From IMG/VR virus record IMGVR_UViG_3300020045_009645, positions 1 to 37,589 of that record: a stretch of DNA of 37,589 nt. The stretch is one strand, 5' to 3'. Under the pieces are notes generated by a model, which was not told the origin of the DNA, did no database searches, and saw only the letters and a list, made by a program, of their open reading frames with translations. Positions 8,986 through 18,050 of this stretch are shown here, piece after piece. The position numbers and the translations under genes are program-made. Source of the DNA: a virus. Its lineage: Duplodnaviria; Caudoviricetes. Within the stretch, counting starts at the first letter, position 1; every line of letters begins with the position of its first letter.

Positions 8986-9410
8986 AATTTATCTCTCATG
9001 TGTTTTATGTTATAAATTGTCGTTTTATCCCTGTTTTTATAGATGCCGTTATCAAAAGCATGATTCATGTTTTCGGTATTAGTCATCCATTCCAAATTAG
9101 ATGGCTTATTGTCTGTTTTTATACAATTTTTATGATTTACTGTTTCTTTGTTTTCCGGATTTTCTACGAAAGTTTTAGCAATAAGTACATGCAATCGTTT
9201 AGTATATTTCTTTGACTTAACAGATAAATATACTTTGAAGTACCCTTTCTTATCTATAGAATGTTTAAGTATGGTTTGCGAAAAATAAGCAACACGACCA
9301 TCTTTATAAATTGTAGGCGATAGTTTTCTTCTAATCCTTCCTAAATCCGAAACTTCATAGTTATTCTCGAACCCGAAGCACGGGAACCAATTTTCTTCTT
9401 CTTTTTGCAT
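8976..9410 (-). CDS. NUMOD4-HNH homing endonuclease (free-standing)
   Basis: ENWFPCFGFENNYEVSDLGRIR (NUMOD4); LHVLIAKTF...VNHKNCIKTDNKPSNLEWMTNTENMNHA (HNH). Confidence 0.9.
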   Translation of the reverse strand: MQKEEENWFPCFGFENNYEVSDLGRIRRKLSPTIYKDGRVAYFSQTILKHSIDKKGYFKVYLSVKSKKYTKRLHVLIAKTFVENPENKETVNHKNCIKTDNKPSNLEWMTNTENMNHAFDNGIYKNRDKTTIYNIKHMRDKLCR

Positions 9411-9450
9411 GTTATTTAGATTGATAGGTTCTGAGTTGTAGCATATTTTT

Positions 9451-9645
9451 TTACACTGCTTGTTTTTCGCTAAGTACTTCGATAGCCAAATTTATTTTAG
9501 CTAATGTTTTGAAGGCTTTCGGGTCTTCTTTCCAGTTTTGAACAGTAGTTTGAGGCACTTTCGCCTCTCTTAGTACATCATAGATGTTTAATCCTAGATT
9601 TTCGCATTTTTCACGAATAATTTCAATCTGTGTTTTTGCTTCCAT
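9451..9645 (-). CDS. Cro/XRE-like helix-turn-helix regulator
   Basis: 64 aa with IYDVLREAKVPQTTVQNWK HTH pattern; first gene after the divergent intergenic region. Confidence 0.7.
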   Translation of the reverse strand: MEAKTQIEIIREKCENLGLNIYDVLREAKVPQTTVQNWKEDPKAFKTLAKINLAIEVLSEKQAV

Positions 9646-9668
9646 TTATATAGTGTTTTAATGTTATT

Positions 9669-9691
9669 GCAAATATAAACATTAAATTTAA
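9669..9691 (-). promoter_or_regulatory. Leftward promoter/operator of the divergent control region
   Basis: TATATTTG on the minus strand; 23-bp identity to 7347-7369. Confidence 0.7.
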
Positions 9692-9724
9692 TTAAAAAAG
9701 TTTTTTTATTCGAAAAGTTTGTTA

Positions 9725-9732
9725 TAGGTTTG
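9725..9732 (+). promoter_or_regulatory. Rightward promoter -7 box
   Basis: TAGGTTTG matches TAnnTTTG, 28 nt upstream of ATG 9761. Confidence 0.6.
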
Positions 9733-9760
9733 CAGAACATAATCATAAAAATATATCGAA

Positions 9761-10021
9761 ATGAGCGCATTTAAAGAATTTGAAGGAATGACGTTAGAAG
9801 GCTCTACTATAGAGCAACGTCACGAGATTTACAAATTGTTGTTTAAAAAAAAACTGATTTACAATCAGCAAGACATGGAAACAGAATTGCTTTGTCTAAA
9901 CAAAATGTCTTTTTACATGCTTCCTGAGAATGAAGGATTTATTCCAGATCATTTTCTTAAATCGAATGACTGCATAAACATTCCATTCGAAGAATTTAAA
10001 ACTCGTTTATCTGAATTATAA
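9761..10021 (+). CDS. Hypothetical protein
   Basis: 86-aa ORF coupled (TAATG) to the next gene. Confidence 0.7.
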   Translation: MSAFKEFEGMTLEGSTIEQRHEIYKLLFKKKLIYNQQDMETELLCLNKMSFYMLPENEGFIPDHFLKSNDCINIPFEEFKTRLSEL

Positions 10022-10821
10022 TGACTAACGAGCAATACCACTCCGATACGTCCAGTATTTCAAAATCAGGCTTAGACAAAATAGAATCTAGCCCATTAGA
10101 CTACTGGTGGCATTATTTACGTCCTGAACGTGAACTCAAAGAACCGACCAAAGCGATGTTATTTGGAACAGCTGTGCATTATGCAGTTTTAGAGCCAAAC
10201 GAATTTCAAAAAACTTATGTTCCGATGCCTGCAATTGATAAGCGTACAACTATCGGCAAGGCAGAATTCGCATCGTTAACAGCAATGTGCGAAGCGAATA
10301 ATCAGACGCTTATAGATGTAGCCGATTACGACCTCGTTAGACGTATGCGTGATGCTATTTTTAAACATCCAACGGCAAAATTATTGTTTCAAAACGGTTT
10401 AGCCGAACAAACATTTAAGTTTCAAGAACCGAATACGGGTGCGAATTGCAAAATACGTCCTGATTGGCTGGATAATAATTCAGGTTTAGTTGTGGATTTA
10501 AAAACAACCGAAGACGCAACTCCAAACGGTTTTGGAAAATCGGCTTGGGAATACAAATACTATAAACAAGACCCGTTTTACCTTGACGGTTTGGAGGCGG
10601 TTGGAAATGACCGTTCTGGATTTGTTTTCGTTAATATCGAAAAAACAGAACCTTTCAAGATCGGTATTCATTACTTGGACGGTAAAAGCCGACAATTAGG
10701 GCGTGACGAATATTTGCGTAATTGTGAAACGTACGTTAAATGTCTGGAAACTGGCATTTGGAAAGGTTACGACGAAAAAATAAGTGAAGTATCATTGCCT
10801 GCATGGGCATTTAATAGGTAG
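10021..10821 (+). CDS. RecE/exonuclease VIII-like PD-(D/E)XK exonuclease (DUF3799-type)
   Basis: MTNEQYH..ISKSGL, FGTAVHYAVLEP, KIRPDW, VDLKTT, YYKQDPFY motifs. Confidence 0.9.
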   Translation: MTNEQYHSDTSSISKSGLDKIESSPLDYWWHYLRPERELKEPTKAMLFGTAVHYAVLEPNEFQKTYVPMPAIDKRTTIGKAEFASLTAMCEANNQTLIDVADYDLVRRMRDAIFKHPTAKLLFQNGLAEQTFKFQEPNTGANCKIRPDWLDNNSGLVVDLKTTEDATPNGFGKSAWEYKYYKQDPFYLDGLEAVGNDRSGFVFVNIEKTEPFKIGIHYLDGKSRQLGRDEYLRNCETYVKCLETGIWKGYDEKISEVSLPAWAFNR

Positions 10822-10824
10822 GTT

Positions 10825-12021
10825 ATGGAGATTAAAGAAAATAATTTATCCAAGAAGCAAACTGAATTTATAGAAGCAGGATTAAATGGCGATAATATAT
10901 TTTTGACAGGAAAAGCAGGTACTGGAAAGTCGTTTGTTACCAAAGAATTAATACGATTATTGACTAAACAGCGTAAAAACGTAGTTGCCTTAGCTCCTAC
11001 AGGAATTGCAGCTAATAACGTAGGAGGCGCAACAATTCATTCAACTTTTTCATTACCTCCTTTCGGGGTGCTAACGTTTAAAGAATGTAATTTTGTCAAG
11101 CCTTCAAAAAGAAAACTATTCGATATAATTGACACCATTTTAATAGACGAGGTGTCAATGTTGCGACCTGATATTTTGGACGGCATACATTGGACTTTAA
11201 TTAAAAACGGTTGCAAAGATTTAACACAAATTCAAATTATATTTATTGGCGACATGGCGCAACTTGGAATTGTTGCCGATGATAATATGGTTTCGGTAAT
11301 GCTTAAAGAATACGGAGGCACTACATTTGATTTTGCTAATATTTATAAAAAAATAAATGTAGTTAAAATTGAACTTGACGAAGTTTTGAGACAATCTGAT
11401 AATGAATTTATTGAAAATTTAAACATTGTCAGAAACGGCAAAAAAGCGGAGTATTTCAGAAAATTTGTAAAAGATGAAGCTAACGGAATTGTACTAGCTC
11501 CGCACAACGCTACAGTTGAAAGATATAATTTTCAAGGGCTAAATTCATTAGAAGGAGAAAAACACGTTTTTACAGCTGAAATTGAAGGCAATTTAAAGAC
11601 GACTGACTTCAATCTTGATCCAGTAATAACCGTTAAGGACGGTTCAAAAATAATGTATTTGGCCAATAGTAAAAACAATCCTCTTGTAAACGGAACTCTA
11701 GGAACTTTTATAGTAAATGAAGGAAAATATTTCATCGAGGTAAAAGGCGAACATTACGCTTTAGAACAAAAAAAGTTTTCCAAAAAAGATTATGTGTTTA
11801 ATGAGGAATTAGGAATGTTGGAATTAAAAGATTTGGGGTCAATTACCCAGTATCCAATAAAACTAGCCTACGCACTTACGATTCACAAATCGCAAGGACT
11901 TACATTTGACGAAGTAACAGTTGATTTAACCTTGCCTTGTTTTGCAAAGGGACAGATGTACGTTGCTTTGAGTAGGGTAACAAAACCAGAAGGTTTAACC
12001 ATAATAACTAAAAAACAATAA
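10825..12021 (+). CDS. PIF1/RecD-like SF1B DNA helicase
   Basis: GKAGTGKS, APTGIAA, IDEVSM, GDMAQL, LAYALTIHKSQGLT, GQMYVALSR. Confidence 0.92.
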   Translation: MEIKENNLSKKQTEFIEAGLNGDNIFLTGKAGTGKSFVTKELIRLLTKQRKNVVALAPTGIAANNVGGATIHSTFSLPPFGVLTFKECNFVKPSKRKLFDIIDTILIDEVSMLRPDILDGIHWTLIKNGCKDLTQIQIIFIGDMAQLGIVADDNMVSVMLKEYGGTTFDFANIYKKINVVKIELDEVLRQSDNEFIENLNIVRNGKKAEYFRKFVKDEANGIVLAPHNATVERYNFQGLNSLEGEKHVFTAEIEGNLKTTDFNLDPVITVKDGSKIMYLANSKNNPLVNGTLGTFIVNEGKYFIEVKGEHYALEQKKFSKKDYVFNEELGMLELKDLGSITQYPIKLAYALTIHKSQGLTFDEVTVDLTLPCFAKGQMYVALSRVTKPEGLTIITKKQ

Positions 12022-12057
12022 TTTAATTTCTAACGGTGGCGACCAACGCAAAATATT

Positions 12058-12465
12058 ATGGCAGAAATAAACGTAATTGGAAAAGTGAAATTCGTAGGAC
12101 AGACAATCGATGTCGGCACGTCTGGATTTCAAAAAAGAGAATTGGTTGTTACTACAGATGAGCAGTATCCACAGCACATTTTAATCAATTTTGTGCAGGA
12201 TAAGTGTAATTTATTAGCGACAACCAAGATTGGCGACCAAGTGAATGTGTCAATTAATTTGAAAGGTCGTGAATGGGCTAATCCACAAGGCGAAACGAAA
12301 TATTTTAACGATATTCAAGGATGGAGACTATCTTTTATTCAGCAAGCACCCGTGCAACAACAGCCAGCACCAGCGCAACCAACGATGCCCGTAAATCAGT
12401 CTACGAGTAATTTTAGTCCTGCCGCTAATTTTAGCGAAGAAGAAGCTGACGATTTACCATTTTAA
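12058..12465 (+). CDS. DUF3127-family single-stranded DNA-binding protein
   Basis: FQKRELVVTTDEQYPQ...GREW...YFNDIQGWR; Q/P-rich linker; acidic DDLPF tail. Confidence 0.88.
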   Translation: MAEINVIGKVKFVGQTIDVGTSGFQKRELVVTTDEQYPQHILINFVQDKCNLLATTKIGDQVNVSINLKGREWANPQGETKYFNDIQGWRLSFIQQAPVQQQPAPAQPTMPVNQSTSNFSPAANFSEEEADDLPF

Positions 12466-12500
12466 TCAAAAACACAATTAATAATTAAAAAACTTATCAC

Positions 12501-13214
12501 ATGAGTAACGAAATGGCAGTATTAAACGAATCGCAAGGCGTTTCCGTATTTAACAGTATGGATGCTTTCCAACAGGCACAAAGAATGGTCGTCCCATTAA
12601 TGCAATCAACTATGGTTCCTGAAATTTACCGAGGCAGTGCAGCTAATTGCATGGTCGCAATGGAAATGTCGCACCGGGTTAAAATATCGGTTTTAGAGGT
12701 TATGCAAAACATGCAAATCGTAAAGGGAAATGTAGGCTGGAAATCTGAATACGTGATCAACAAAGTCAATGCATCAGGATTTTTTGAAGATGCTTTGGAA
12801 TTTGTTTTTTCCGATGATAGAGAATCATGTTATGCGATTGCTACAAGAAAATCCAACGGCAAGCAATTAAGAGGCACGATGGTAACTATGGTCATGGCTA
12901 AAGCTGAAGGATGGCTGGATAAAAACGGTTCTAAGTGGAAAACTATGCCGGAACAAATGCTTATGTACCGTGCAGCAACTTTCTTTTGTCGTGTGTTTTG
13001 CCCCGAAGTGCTTGCAGGTGTTCAAACTTCGGATGAAATCATTGACATTGGTTATGTTGAGCCTACAAGCAATTCAGCTGTAGAAAAAATCAACAATACG
13101 GTAGTAAACGAGCCGATTGTTTACGAAACTTTTTCAGAAGTAGCCGAAACTGATACAGAAGCGACTCCAGAAACTTCTAAAACAGAAATTATTGAAGACG
13201 ACGACGATTTTTAA
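12501..13214 (+). CDS. RecT/Red-beta-like single-strand annealing protein
   Basis: MVPEIYRG..ANC..A, WKTMPEQMLMYRA...R..CPEVL.G; acidic tail; same operon as the RecE-like gene. Confidence 0.8.
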   Translation: MSNEMAVLNESQGVSVFNSMDAFQQAQRMVVPLMQSTMVPEIYRGSAANCMVAMEMSHRVKISVLEVMQNMQIVKGNVGWKSEYVINKVNASGFFEDALEFVFSDDRESCYAIATRKSNGKQLRGTMVTMVMAKAEGWLDKNGSKWKTMPEQMLMYRAATFFCRVFCPEVLAGVQTSDEIIDIGYVEPTSNSAVEKINNTVVNEPIVYETFSEVAETDTEATPETSKTEIIEDDDDF

Positions 13215-13248
13215 AAATAAAAAACTTTAATCATAAAAAATACAAACG

Positions 13249-13743
13249 ATGTCAAGAATAACAAAACAGATTGCAGAAGACGTAGCGGTTAAGTTAACCG
13301 AAAAACAAGCATTAGAAATCAAAGAGCTTCAAAAGGATATGAAGCAAAAATTTACAGAAATTTATCTTAAAACAGTTCCTAAAGAGATTTTAGATTTATT
13401 TGGAAAATATCCTAAATATTTTGAAAAACGTTCTAGTTTTCAAATCTCAGGCAATGGATTTCAATACCAGCAATTGCATACAGATAAAGATTATCCGTCA
13501 AGTCAATATTCTTATTCTCTTAAAGAAAAAGATGCTTCTTTAATGCTTGGATTAATGAATACTTTGGATGATAAAAAAAATGAATTGTCTAAACTTAAAA
13601 AAGAAGTTGCTAATTTGCTTTTTAACCTCAGAACCTATTCTAAGGTAAATTCAGAATTTCCAGAGGCAAGTCCGTTTTTACCAAAATCAGTATCAACTGC
13701 TTTGATGGTAAATATTTCTGATTTGCGGGAAAAATTAAAATAA
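13249..13743 (+). CDS. Hypothetical protein, possibly Nmad5-like
   Basis: N-terminal RIT..IAE and C-terminal LRTYSKVNSEFPEA..FLP resemble the family from memory. Confidence 0.5.
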   Translation: MSRITKQIAEDVAVKLTEKQALEIKELQKDMKQKFTEIYLKTVPKEILDLFGKYPKYFEKRSSFQISGNGFQYQQLHTDKDYPSSQYSYSLKEKDASLMLGLMNTLDDKKNELSKLKKEVANLLFNLRTYSKVNSEFPEASPFLPKSVSTALMVNISDLREKLK

Positions 13744-13772
13744 AAAACCTATCTTTACAATCGATAGGTTTT
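13744..13772. terminator. Hairpin terminator after the rightward operon
   Basis: aaaacctatc-N9-gataggtttt. Confidence 0.65.
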
Positions 13773-13795
13773 GGATATTTTTTGATTATGTAATT

Positions 13796-13821
13796 AAACA
13801 CGTTTTCGGGCGTGTTTTTTT
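13796..13821 (+). terminator. Intrinsic terminator (plus strand)
   Basis: aaacacgtt-ttcg-ggcgtgttt stem with G-U pairs, followed by a T tract. Confidence 0.65.
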
Positions 13822-13827
13822 ATGCGT

Positions 13828-13854
13828 AAAAAAACCGATATTAAATATCGGTTT
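13828..13854 (-). terminator. Intrinsic terminator of the late operon, overlapping the endolysin stop
   Basis: aaaccgatat-taa-atatcggttt perfect stem with a T tract on the minus strand. Confidence 0.7.
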
Positions 13855-14368
13855 CTGAAAATTTAAAATCATCCAATCGGTTTAACCAGCCTTTTAAGAA
13901 TCGCTTTTGTTTTGGATTGTTTCTCACTACGTCGTGAAAAAACTTTTTTCTAGCTTCAAAAATTTCATTGAACAGTTTTTTTTGATCCACCAAATTAACC
14001 GCTGTCAAAGTCTGATTCCCAACTACGCCGTCTTCTTTTAATTTCAATACTCTTTGAGGTATTTTTATGCCCCAAGAGCCAGAAGTAAACACCCAATCAA
14101 CAAGTAAGTTTGCAATTGATTGATTAATAATCCTGTTAGCTTGCCAACGGTTCCAATACACTTTCAAAACACAGGCAAAATCACGTTCGTCAAGCAAACG
14201 AATGTCGGCAACATCAATATCACCGTCACCGTCTTTATCGTAACCGATTTGCTTCCATGTGCCAATGGTTATTCCCATGTTAGTAGCCCCGCCTTTGTCG
14301 GTTGGGTCGTTTACAAATCCTGCTTCCCACTTCGCCACGATAGGCGATAATTTTTCTATTTTTGCCAT
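13841..14368 (-). CDS. Endolysin, glycoside hydrolase family 108 with peptidoglycan-binding domain
   Basis: WEAGFVNDPTDKGGATNMGIT; DGVVG..TL; FLKGWLNR. Confidence 0.9.
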   Translation of the reverse strand: MAKIEKLSPIVAKWEAGFVNDPTDKGGATNMGITIGTWKQIGYDKDGDGDIDVADIRLLDERDFACVLKVYWNRWQANRIINQSIANLLVDWVFTSGSWGIKIPQRVLKLKEDGVVGNQTLTAVNLVDQKKLFNEIFEARKKFFHDVVRNNPKQKRFLKGWLNRLDDFKFSETDI

Positions 14369-14372
14369 AATA

Positions 14373-14867
14373 TTAGTCTAATGAGATTACATCGAAATGA
14401 AGTCTTAAGTTTTGAGTAGCGTTTGCCGTTTCTTCTAGTATCACGTCAAATTGAGTTCCTGATATTGGTTTAAACAGGATAGGAAGCAAACTATTGTCTG
14501 TATCAAAAGTTCCCAGACTTTGAATAGCAGGAGGCAGCACTTTGTAATTAGTATTGCCCATGTCGTTGTCCATTGTTATTCTTATTACTTCAGACATAAG
14601 AAGATCTTGTGTTATTATAGCAGCTGTAAAGTCACCGCTAACAGAATAATTATGTCCAACTGTATGGGTGTTTATATCGACTCCTGTTATGTATCCGCTG
14701 TTCTGCGGTATAGATTTTAATAACTTGTCATATAACCATTTTGTGCGATTACCAAGCAATCTGGCTTGCTCATTTGAAATACCGCCTGCGCCCGCCTCTA
14801 CAGAATCTGTAGTTTCTAATTGATAAATACCGCTTTCCCATTGTGATAATTCTGTTAAATTTGCCAT
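14373..14867 (-). CDS. Short tail-fibre-related protein (N-terminal fibre anchor)
   Basis: MANLTELSQWESGIYQLETTDSVEAGAGGISNEQARLLGNRTKWL is a typical myophage fibre N-terminus; only 164 aa. Confidence 0.7.
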   Translation of the reverse strand: MANLTELSQWESGIYQLETTDSVEAGAGGISNEQARLLGNRTKWLYDKLLKSIPQNSGYITGVDINTHTVGHNYSVSGDFTAAIITQDLLMSEVIRITMDNDMGNTNYKVLPPAIQSLGTFDTDNSLLPILFKPISGTQFDVILEETANATQNLRLHFDVISLD

Positions 14868-14871
14868 GTTT

Positions 14872-15306
14872 TTAGAATGAAATTGTCCAACTTCCGTTCA
14901 AGATTATGTCTGAATTTTTATCAATTAAAGCACGTGTTTTACGGGCGAAAAGAGTATTATCGGTACATAAGATTCCAACTTCACGAATACCCAAACCGTT
15001 GCCCTCAGAAGCTCCCAACGTCCACGCAAAACTAACACTAGAGATTGTCGGATATGTTACCGCCCCAAGTGTTTTAGTAAAAGCTCCTGTTATTGCTGTA
15101 TCGCTCCCCGCTGGTGCAGTTCCGTTTGTTCCGAATGAAATTTTTGTTAATTGCTTTCCTGAAGTTCCTGCTCCAAGTAAGTTAGTTACTGCAGTACGTC
15201 CACTATTAACGACTAAATTATTATCGGTGTAGGTTTCTAAGATTTCGCCTGTTTTGGCGCAAATTTTTTCGAGATAGAAAACGCCTTTTATTTGTAATTT
15301 TTCCAT
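14872..15306 (-). CDS. Baseplate/tail-fibre attachment protein
   Basis: NLVVNSGR, FGTNGTAP, IREVGI...LFARK pattern; lies after the gpI-like gene. Confidence 0.7.
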   Translation of the reverse strand: MEKLQIKGVFYLEKICAKTGEILETYTDNNLVVNSGRTAVTNLLGAGTSGKQLTKISFGTNGTAPAGSDTAITGAFTKTLGAVTYPTISSVSFAWTLGASEGNGLGIREVGILCTDNTLFARKTRALIDKNSDIILNGSWTISF

Positions 15307-15309
15307 AGG

Positions 15310-15981
15310 TTATGCTATATTAATAATTAATGTGTCGTTTGATTCAATGTATTTTTTCGAACCGTCATAATTGTATGTGCCATCGTAGAAAAATGATTTA
15401 TAACCCAAATCTTCTTCCATTGCAGGCGAATCATAAATTATGTTCAGTTCGTCGAATAATTGATCTAAAGTGTCAAAGATACCAATTGTATATGAAATTC
15501 CTTCAAGATAGGAACGAACATTTTTGTATTCACGAATTAACTTAGCTAAATTTGATTGTGAAACACCATCCAATCCAACTGTATCGCCTAATTCGGAATC
15601 AATAGAAAATCTAGCCCAATCGATTAATGGATTTCCCATGTCAATACCTTCATTCAAAATAGCGTCCGTGTAACCGCAAATGCGCATTGCTTCACGAATA
15701 GCATAAACAGTACCCATGTAACGTTTTAACTCAATAGCTCTTTTTATAATTTCTCTACGTTGTGCGTCATTTGTAGCTACACCGTATCCCACAAATCCTT
15801 CAACATCGAATTGACGTGCTAAAGTAGGTAATGCCGAAGCCGAAACGCTATCGATCACATAAACCAAAAGAGCTTCTAATTCAATCGAATTCATACGTGC
15901 TGCGACCATGGCGTCAAACGCTGCTAAATGCGGGACGCCTGCAATTGAATCGGCTAAAATATTTTCGTTAGTTTGGCTCAT
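15310..15981 (-). CDS. Baseplate wedge protein, P2 gpI-like
   Basis: LPTLARQFDV...RREIIKRAIELKRYMGT...EYKNVRSYL. Confidence 0.82.
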   Translation of the reverse strand: MSQTNENILADSIAGVPHLAAFDAMVAARMNSIELEALLVYVIDSVSASALPTLARQFDVEGFVGYGVATNDAQRREIIKRAIELKRYMGTVYAIREAMRICGYTDAILNEGIDMGNPLIDWARFSIDSELGDTVGLDGVSQSNLAKLIREYKNVRSYLEGISYTIGIFDTLDQLFDELNIIYDSPAMEEDLGYKSFFYDGTYNYDGSKKYIESNDTLIINIA

Positions 15982-17087
15982 TATCCTACGTTTGTTCCGG
16001 TTACGGTCACATTAATAGCTGTTATATTTGCAAATTGCGTTTCGGTTATCACCAAATCGGCTGCAGGCACGGTTACGTTTGCTTTGTAAACACCATCAAT
16101 CATACACAACGCTTTAATTTGGTCAATAACAATGTCCTGCCCAAGCAATTTTCTTCTTCCATCTCGAAACGCTTCTAAATTCGCCTGCACAATTGGTAAA
16201 ATATCGCTCTGAACTGCTCCATCATATAAAATCAATCCAACTGTTATAGCGGTATCAACTGCCGTTGGCGAAGTTGCTATAACCGTATCGGTTAACGGAC
16301 GGATTCTATCAGAATTCAATACAGTCTCTACAGCCTCCAATATTTCAATTGGCGTTGTTGCTAAATTTGCCATTAAAGGAAATATTTCAACAGTTCCAGG
16401 AATTGGATTTGTTACAGCAACATCAATTATTAGCGGCGAAGTCGATTTTGTCCAAAATTCGTATGCTTTGTAACTTCCAGCATTTGAAAATGCTGAAGGT
16501 GCTAATTTTATTCTGTCTCTTAATTGCTCATCTGTTTCTTCATCAGAACCGCCAGCAGTAACCGAAGTATTTGAAGCAGTTGCTAAATATGGTTGTGGAT
16601 CAAGAATCACTGATACTGTGCCAATAGCATAATCGTTTGATGCCTTGCCAGCCGTTTGAGCGATAAATGTTGCTGAAACCGTATCAACTCCTGTTAAAAC
16701 AGCCTTGTCTTCCACAAGCTCAAAAACAGCCCTTCCATCGGTAGAATTCACCCTTAATCCAGCAGGAATCACGACATCACCGTGTCCTGAAACCAGAGTT
16801 AATAATAATGTTGTTTGAGCCAAAGCAGCGGGTAAGCGAACTACACCTACCAAAACGCCTAAATTATCTAACATTGGAAACCTAGCGTAGTCAACAAGAT
16901 TTTGCAAAGACGCATCCTGTATCTGATTTCTAAGTAACAATTCACGATACGCAAACGCATTGATTAAGAGCGTTTCTACTTGGGCAGGCTCTAAAGTCTT
17001 CCCAGTGCGTAACTCATAATCAGCAATCATTTCATTAATGATTGTCGTTGCGTCTCTAGCTATAAAATTAGGTATCGGTAGTGCCAT
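15981..17087 (-). CDS. Baseplate J-like protein
   Basis: GGSDEETDEQLRDRI, AGSYKAYEFW, IRPLTDTV. Confidence 0.9.
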   Translation of the reverse strand: MALPIPNFIARDATTIINEMIADYELRTGKTLEPAQVETLLINAFAYRELLLRNQIQDASLQNLVDYARFPMLDNLGVLVGVVRLPAALAQTTLLLTLVSGHGDVVIPAGLRVNSTDGRAVFELVEDKAVLTGVDTVSATFIAQTAGKASNDYAIGTVSVILDPQPYLATASNTSVTAGGSDEETDEQLRDRIKLAPSAFSNAGSYKAYEFWTKSTSPLIIDVAVTNPIPGTVEIFPLMANLATTPIEILEAVETVLNSDRIRPLTDTVIATSPTAVDTAITVGLILYDGAVQSDILPIVQANLEAFRDGRRKLLGQDIVIDQIKALCMIDGVYKANVTVPAADLVITETQFANITAINVTVTGTNVG

Positions 17088-17089
17088 TT

Positions 17090-17224
17090 TTATTTTTTAT
17101 CTTTTTCGAATAGTTTGTGAAGTTTTTTCTCTCCTTGTTTTATAGACTTCATAATATTGCTTATTGTGTTTTCTAAACAATATTTTTCCTTTTTAATGTC
17201 TGTATTTAAAATAGTATCACACAT
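17090..17224 (-). CDS. 44-aa basic hypothetical protein, not in ORF track (MCDTILNTDIKKEKYC...)
   Basis: Hand-translated; starts right after the upstream TAA and ends 2 nt before the baseplate J ATG. Confidence 0.55.
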   Translation of the reverse strand: MCDTILNTDIKKEKYCLENTISNIMKSIKQGEKKLHKLFEKDKK

Positions 17225-17470
17225 TTATCTGTCTTTTTTCAACTCTATCATATTTGATACAAATTGATTATAAGAATTATTCATTTTTACAAGAACCTCA
17301 TTAGACGATTTCATGTATTCCTTAAACTCAGTATTTAATATTTTGTATTCTCTAAATAAAAAAACAATTACTGCGCTTAAAGCGATAATACCTACCAATA
17401 AAGCCCCGCTTAGAGTAGCATCATTAGAAGTTAGTATATGATTCATGTCGGGGGTCTGTAAAAATATCAT
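17225..17470 (-). CDS. Single-TM membrane protein with coiled-coil tail (holin/lysis accessory candidate)
   Basis: GALLVGIIALSAVIVFLF transmembrane helix. Confidence 0.6.
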   Translation of the reverse strand: MIFLQTPDMNHILTSNDATLSGALLVGIIALSAVIVFLFREYKILNTEFKEYMKSSNEVLVKMNNSYNQFVSNMIELKKDR

Positions 17471-17485
17471 CTATTCAATTTCTTT

Positions 17486-17779
17486 TTATAAAATTACGGA
17501 AAATATTACAACTTCATACCAAGTATTATAATATTTTGGGTAATAAAAGCCAAAGATATTCACAATGTTTGATAAAATCAATCCAAAAGGTAGTAATTTA
17601 GTAAGTAAACAGTATCTACCATACCAAAAAACATAAAGAAAAAGTATGTCTGTTGCCAAAGAATAACCGCCAATATTTCCCCAAACCACATAGTTTAAAT
17701 CAAATATAATAGACAAAAAACTTACTCCCATTAAAAATATAGGGAGTAAGTAAATTGTTTCTTTTAAAAAGAATCTCAC
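17486..17779 (-). CDS. Multi-TM membrane protein (holin candidate)
   Basis: About three hydrophobic segments in 97 aa. Confidence 0.55.
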   Translation of the reverse strand: MRFFLKETIYLLPIFLMGVSFLSIIFDLNYVVWGNIGGYSLATDILFLYVFWYGRYCLLTKLLPFGLILSNIVNIFGFYYPKYYNTWYEVVIFSVIL

Positions 17780-18030
17780 GGCTTAGGGTTTTTTATTCCG
17801 CCACCTCCTATTTTTGGTTCTAGTGGTGCTTCGGCTGATGCTTGCTTCGGCACAGGAACTAAGGATCGAGAAAAAGCATTCCAAATTAATCCCAGTATAA
17901 GCATAACTTTTGTTGCTTTTGGCGAAACACCTAATTCAGCCAATAGTCCTGAGTTTTCAGCAAAAACGCCATATAGCACATCAAAGAAAGACCCTAATGT
18001 TATAATCCATGTAATAATTCTTGTTTTCAT
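17776..18030 (-). CDS. Two-TM membrane protein (holin candidate)
   Basis: Two hydrophobic segments and a charged Pro/Gly-rich C-tail. Confidence 0.6.
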   Translation of the reverse strand: MKTRIITWIITLGSFFDVLYGVFAENSGLLAELGVSPKATKVMLILGLIWNAFSRSLVPVPKQASAEAPLEPKIGGGGIKNPKP

Positions 18031-18050
18031 TTTATATTTGTTTTAAATTG

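Noticed and set aside
8875-9410. Group I intron or intein carrying the HNH gene within the helicase
   Set aside because: The HNH gene lies upstream of the helicase start, the insert is only 6 nt, and no intein termini or intron core are recognisable.
17721-17750. 9-bp inverted repeat cttactccc/gggagtaag
   Set aside because: Inside a CDS, 12-nt loop, no convincing U tract; may be chance.
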